Positions 58,081 to 64,000 of a stretch of DNA of 64,000 nucleotides are shown in pieces. A model generated the notes under the pieces. It did not search any database. It saw only the letters and a list, made by a program, of their open reading frames with translations, and was not told the DNA's origin. The stretch lies in the NCBI GenBank assembly GCA_951406725.2, contig OX597835.1:3658001-3722000 (forward strand), read 5' to 3'. Source of the stretch: Octopus vulgaris (Eukaryota). The position numbers and the translations under genes are program-made. Within the stretch, counting starts at the first letter, position 1. Each line of letters starts with the position of its first letter.

Positions 58081-59004
58081 CATATATATATGTATATATA
58101 ATGTATGTATACATATATATATAATCGATTACTTTGATTAAATATATAATATATATATAATTACACATATATAAATATATATTTATGCATGTATATATAT
58201 ATATATGTGTGTATGTATGTATATCCTTACATATATATGTATATTACACACAGACATACAAGTATACATACATACAAATATCCAGTGATCCACTTATCAA
58301 TATATACATGCATACATACACACATATACACACACACGCACACACACACACACACATACGCATTCATGCATGCATAAATACATGCCTACACATATGCGCA
58401 TACGCACACATACATATATATATATATATGCATACACACACACACATGCATGCATACATATGAGGCACGACCACATAACTGTTGCCTGAAATAGAAACTG
58501 TGGAGATGTTATTTCTTGTTTTGGGTGAAACCAAAGAATTCATCTTGAGTCGAAAATTCAGCAGGAAAACTAAAAAAAAAACTTCTTTGCAAAGTTTCTT
58601 TATTGAACGAGGTACAAAGCATTTACTCAATCTATGAGAAAAAATTCCTGGGGAGACGCGGGAGCTGGCACTAATACGAGAAATACCATTATTTATTAAG
58701 GAATGGTTTAAGAGTTGCATTTCTTCTATATTCATACCTCTACGTTGCCAGTTCAAATCATAATGGATTTATTGTTCTTGGCCGTAAGAATGCGGGATCC
58801 TCCATCAGTTTCGACGATGAGTTGGTCGATCAACTGAATGTCCCACTTGTTAAATTAATGCCTTAGTGGTTGAGTATTCCACGAACATCAACATCCGTAA
58901 TACAATTTACGTCCCGAATCAGTGTGACACAATATGTGTGAGGGTTGGACCTTGAAAAATTACTGGTGAAATCCAACCGACATTGTTTCCACATTGTTTT
59001 CATC

Positions 59005-59125
59005 TATCCACTTCTACTCACAAGGACCTGAAGTTATGGTAAAAGATGCTTGCTCAAGGTGTCACGCGGAGGAATCGAATCCAAGACTTCATGACTGCAA
59101 TGCGAATTTCTTAACCACTCAACCG
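59005..59125 (-). mobile_element. Old CORE-like SINE head fragment (family B related)
   Basis: ACTCACAAGG...AAGATGCTTGCTCAAGGTGTCACGC...GGAATCGAATCC...CTTAACCACTCA. Confidence 0.55.
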
Positions 59126-60021
59126 TGTCTGGCAAAAGAATAAATACCAAAAAGTTGGCAGTGACCCATTATATACAGGTGTCTTTCAATTGTGCGACGT
59201 TGTGTTATAAAGGTGAACAAATGGACACTTGCAAGGACACAGGCCAAAGATTGATCCACTTCAATTGGGTTGGCTGCATGACGGTGTGTTATAAAACTTG
59301 AAATTGTCAGTAACTTCAAGATACACAACTGATATTATGTCCAATTTATGTGCATCCATAGATTGTGGAAAACAAACAATTTCGATCAAAGCCCCCTTTT
59401 CATTACATAAATATGGCGTCGGCGCCCATTTATTATTTTAGTAACGATTTTTAATTTTCGTACAAGGTCATGAATTTGGGGTTAGGGATATCGTCTGTTA
59501 TTGTATCAGATGTTATCTGATATAGACAAATACTTAAATCCACTCCCGTCCATAAAGTATCAAGGAATTTTTTGGCTCCATCCCACTTAATGAAAAAAAA
59601 TAAATAAAGTTTGTATCCAATCAAATCTTCTACTTTTTGGCATTGGACACTTTTTTAAAAAGTTAGAAAAGTACAGTTAACACAAAGATAAAACCTATAA
59701 TTATATTAATGGTGATTATTGATACACTGATTGATTCTGGGTCGAATACTTGTCAAATGAAGTCGTGTATCACCTTCCACTTGTGGACGACTTTTGCATT
59801 ACGGTTTTATCCTTACTAAAGAAAAAAAACCCTTTTCGCATAAACATGTGATCAATTTGGTTATTGTTGAATCGACAGAAATACAATTAAAAAGATTCCA
59901 AAATTAGAAAATAAAAATGAAGCAATATTTTCAAAGTAGCATCGGCTTTCACCTCAATAATTTCTTTTAACTCACAAAAATTTCTTTAATATTAGACACA
60001 TGTAGCCCCACTACGCAATAA

Positions 60022-60128
60022 TACTTCAACTGTACTTCAATAACACACAGAAATAGAATCACTAACAAATTGTGCTTCAACTGTACTTCAATAACACAAA
60101 GATAGAATTACTAACCAATTGTACTTCA
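60022..60128. repeat. Tandem duplication of about 51 bp
   Basis: CTTCAACTGTACTTCAATAACAC at 60024 and 60075. Confidence 0.85.
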
Positions 60129-60583
60129 CTATCAGACATTGTATTTAAAAGAGCAACTTGTCCACCCCATTTCAATTCTCAATGACTCCACTGGATGAGG
60201 AATGCTTCAGTACTTGACTGGTACTTAACATTATTAAGTACATAAGGACGAAAAGACAGGTAAAGTCGATATCAGTGGGGTACAGAAATGTACAGAAAAA
60301 TAGCTGGAATCTAGAAGACAGCTACTTTACTCAACCGTTTTTGCCCTAAGTTCTAACGTGGTTAGAGCACTGGCAATTTTTAAAGAAAGGGTTTGTCGAG
60401 TGTATCAATACCATTACTGGAACGGTACTTTAATATATAAAGCCTGGGAGGATGAAAAGTAAAGCTTATCTCGGCAGGATTTGAACTCAGAAAATAGTGA
60501 GCCGCAATAACTACCACAATGCATTTCGTCCGCCGCTCTATCGATTCTGCTAAATGAATGCAATAATATTATTATGATAATGA

Positions 60584-60879
60584 TGCGCACATCTCGGGCA
60601 AGTCCGTCTGGCGGCAATTCCATTCCTGTAGAGTTTGTCTTGAACTGGCAGAGCTCCTCGGTACCATTTCCAGGCCAGGGATTTCTGAAAGTTGTCCATA
60701 GGCCCCGGCCCGAAAGTCCATTGGAAAGGACTAGCTAATTTGTCCCTTCCGACTCCCAGACTTTCCCTCAATAACATCGTCACTCTTTCCCGCCATCAGT
60801 CCCCTATAGAACTCCAATTTGGAACTTCCACCGACCGCATTATCCGACTGACAGTGGGCTGTGAGTGCTTGTCGACACT
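60584..60879 (-). mobile_element. L1/Tx1-like LINE ORF2 C-terminal (zinc-binding region) fragment
   Basis: FGPGPMDNFQKSLAWKWYRGALPVQDKLYRNG...TCPRC matches the W....GALP....L..G.....C..C pattern. Confidence 0.7.
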
Positions 60880-61110
60880 ATAATTGTCGGAGCCCCGGGA
60901 ACCATGAATAAAATCCTTCAGAAGTACATGAAACAAATAGGAGAAAACAGCACTGCTTGGAACCACTCGAATACTCCGGATGGTGCTCGAAAAATAAGGG
61001 GTGTTACCATAGTTCACTGGTAGTGAACAGCTGGCACCATAGTACATCTCCAGCGTTAGAAGCTGTGCAAAAACAACAAGAACAACAGCAACAATAATAA
61101 TAATAATAAC
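60880..61110 (+). mobile_element. Second R4/Dong-like family 3' end
   Basis: IIVGAPGTMNKILQKYMKQIG / KTALLGTTRILRMVLEK*, followed by a 3' UTR running into (AAC/AAT)n. Confidence 0.72.
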
Positions 61111-61118
61111 CAGTAGTT

Positions 61119-61232
<114 letters not shown>

Positions 61233-61744
61233 CATAGAATGTTAATAAGTTCAATTGCAGGGAGTAGTGGAAAGTGTAGTGTTTCTTGCTGTAGCTCTTC
61301 AGAAGAGAGGAGAGAAAGACGGTGTCGTTGTTAAGTGACTGGAAGCAGTGAATATATAATTTGTTGACGTCTCCTGGCGATACATGAGAAATTGGGCTGT
61401 CATATATATTATATAATTAAATATTGCCGTTAAACAGCTATTACCAATTCTACTAAATATGAAACCATGTTTAACTTAATTAAAACTTTCTTAATTTATA
61501 TCTGTCTGCTTTATATATTACCTGCTTTATTTTTTCGGATAAATTCTAATTAAAACTGCAACGCGCCGGTTGTGTGTTCGCGCATGCGTACATGTGTGTG
61601 TGTGATCTACGGTTATTCAGATGTTTCAGACGATTTAGCGGTGGGTCTTTCTTTTACCAAGACCAAATACAACCCAGAATGCCCAAAATATCAGAAAACA
61701 GACCAGATAATGAAACTAATTCTCTCTAATCTATTAGGCTCAAC

Positions 61745-61924
61745 AAAGCCTGACTCTTGCAGGGAGTGGGTTGGTCGATTACATCGGCACCAGCACTTGA
61801 CTCCGGAAGGATAAAAAGCAAAGGGAACCGCGACGAAATTTAAACTGAAAAGTTAAAGGGTCGAAAGAAATATTGTTCTACATTTTGTACGGCTGGCTAG
61901 CGATTCTGCCAGTACATCGCCTTC

Positions 61925-61956
<32 letters not shown>

Positions 61957-62406
61957 AATGATTTCAAATTTTGGCACAAGGCCAGTAATTCCGGATGAGG
62001 GAGCAAGTCGATTACATCGATCCCAGTGCTAGATTGGTACTTACTCTATTGGCCCCGAAAGGATGAAAAGCTAAGTCGATCTCGGCAGAGTTTGAACTCG
62101 GAACGTAAAGACAGACGAAATGCTGCCAAGCATTTTGCTTGGCATACTAAAAAGATTCTCTCAGCTCACCGCCTTAATAATATTTATAATCCTTTCTACT
62201 ATAGGCACAAGGCCCGAAATTTTTGGGGACGGGTGGGCAGTCGATTAGATCGACCTCAGTACGCAACTGGTACTTAATTTATCGACTCCGAAAGGATGAA
62301 AGGCAAAGTCGACCTCAGCGGAATTTGAACTCAGAACGTAGCTACGGGCGAAATACCGCTAAGCATTTCGTCCAGGGTAGTGACAATTCTGCCAGCTCGC
62401 AACCTT
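61745..62406 (-). mobile_element. Three head-to-tail SINE family A copies of different ages and tails
   Basis: Copies at about 61745-61924, 61960-62175 and 62189-62406, separated by (AAC/AAT)n. Confidence 0.88.
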
Positions 62407-62578
62407 GACAACAACAACAATAATAATAATAACAATGAGAAGAAGAAGAAGGAGGAGGAGGAAATGATATGAAGAACTTAAAGTTAATATTTGCGAAAAT
62501 ACGACCCTACCTTCAACCCCCAAATTATAAAAGTGTGTACAACTTGTATTCTTTTTCAGTCACAAACGCACGCGCACA

Positions 62579-62614
<36 letters not shown>

Positions 62615-64000
62615 TGCACACGCACATGCACACGCACACGCACACGCACACGCACACGACAGAAAATTTTGAGTTTCCGATGTCTGAAAAGTAAGGGATT
62701 TTCGTAACATCTGAAATTCAGCTGACTTCTTTGATCCTTACCGAAAATGGAATAGGAATTGATTTCGGCCAATATTATTTTTTGTCTATAAGCTTTGAGT
62801 GTCGCTATCTCTTTATTTATTTTTTTGTTTATATTTCTTCCTGATTTGAAATGAAAACAATTATCATCACACCTTCCTCCATTTTGAATAACTTGAGTAT
62901 ATAATAAATGGATTATCTAACACGCCGCACCGATAAAGCCCGATATGCCGAAACATACTTTTTCCAGATATAAAATCATTGTAAAATATCAACTATATAA
63001 ATAATAAATCATTTCGAGTCACTCGACTTTTTTTTATTAAAAAAAAAATGATCGCACGCTTCTCTCCTTCATGCGGAAAGCGAATGAACCGCTTGAGAAA
63101 GCGCTTATATTGGAAAGTAAAGTGTTTCAGCTTCCTCTTTTACAGAGTAAGTTGTATTTAAATGAGCTTTCGTGATATTACCAGAAATTCTATTTGTTTG
63201 AAATATCAGTGAAAACTAGAGAATTCATAAGACAAGGCAGGTGTTGTTTCATCCGTTGTAAATACTAAAATATAAAAAAAAAAAGACAACAGGGGCTTCG
63301 GAAACATTATGATTGATGAAAAATCCGAGAAAATGCCAGGGAAGTCAAAGCTAAAGTTTTGTAAGTGAACCGACCAATGATCAAAGATCAAGCGACTGCA
63401 CAGAGAGTGATACACTACAGCAGTTCGGACAGTGCTGGATTTCGGACAAAAGAGGCTCTGTGCTAGTTAAGTTATGAGGCCCCTTACTTGGACAGTTAGG
63501 CATACATGCTCAAGAAATTTGTCGTATCATATTTTGGGGCAGGAAGATGCCCACCCAACTCGGTCAACGGGACTGTGTGCTTAAGCACACCTAAGCATAA
63601 TGGTAAATCCGGCACTGATTACAGGGAACGCAAAACACTGCAACACTGCAGACTACGTACAAGACAAAGGCTGTCCAGATGTGCCGTAAACTAAGTACTT
63701 CTTAGGAAATTCATACGAATGCTTGGGTGTCTTGAAAATAACTCATCCATAATTTCGTTAAACACAATTAATCATAAAATATAGTTAACGATAAGTTTCT
63801 AATTTTCATCTATAAAACAGTTTTTCTTTAACTTTCCATGTAAAGTGCGTCAAAGCGTCACCAGATCAAAAGTATTTAGAACCCTCCAGGCAGAGACCCC
63901 TTCCTCCTTGACTTATAACTGCTATAGAAATGGTATGGTCTTCAGAGGACGCGAAACCTGGAGCGTATTTTTAGTTGATGGACGCACTATCAACCTGACT

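Noticed and set aside
60022-60128. CRISPR-like repeat-spacer appearance (also 29287-29990)
   Set aside because: The 'spacers' are themselves duplicated, the context is eukaryotic, and there are no cas genes.
62900-64000. Non-repetitive terminal kilobase as a possible promoter or exon
   Set aside because: No convincing ORF, splice pair or recognisable element visible.

Overview
AT-rich, microsatellite-saturated eukaryotic DNA, almost certainly non-coding (intronic/intergenic). The repeat content points to an octopus (coleoid cephalopod) genome; this is an inference from the tRNA-headed SINE families and the extreme (TA)n/(CA)n/(CATA)n/(TAA)n load. No complete gene is visible, and nearly all ORF-track entries are microsatellite or SINE translation artefacts. 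Supported content: (1) about 25 copies or fragments of at least four SINE families, several with clean TSDs, including nested and tandem-dimer forms; (2) decayed LINE fragments (RTE-type, R4/Dong-like sitting in (TAA)n, L1/Tx1-like); (3) Penelope-like element (PLE) remnants with RT and GIY-YIG traces; (4) mariner, Tigger and hAT-type DNA transposon remnants and MITEs; (5) a few low-confidence exon candidates. The most interesting signals are about ten minimal type-I hammerhead-ribozyme-like motifs, a recurring class of fold-back palindromes embedded in (TA)n, and an RTE LINE insertion with twin-priming-type 5' inversion and TSD.
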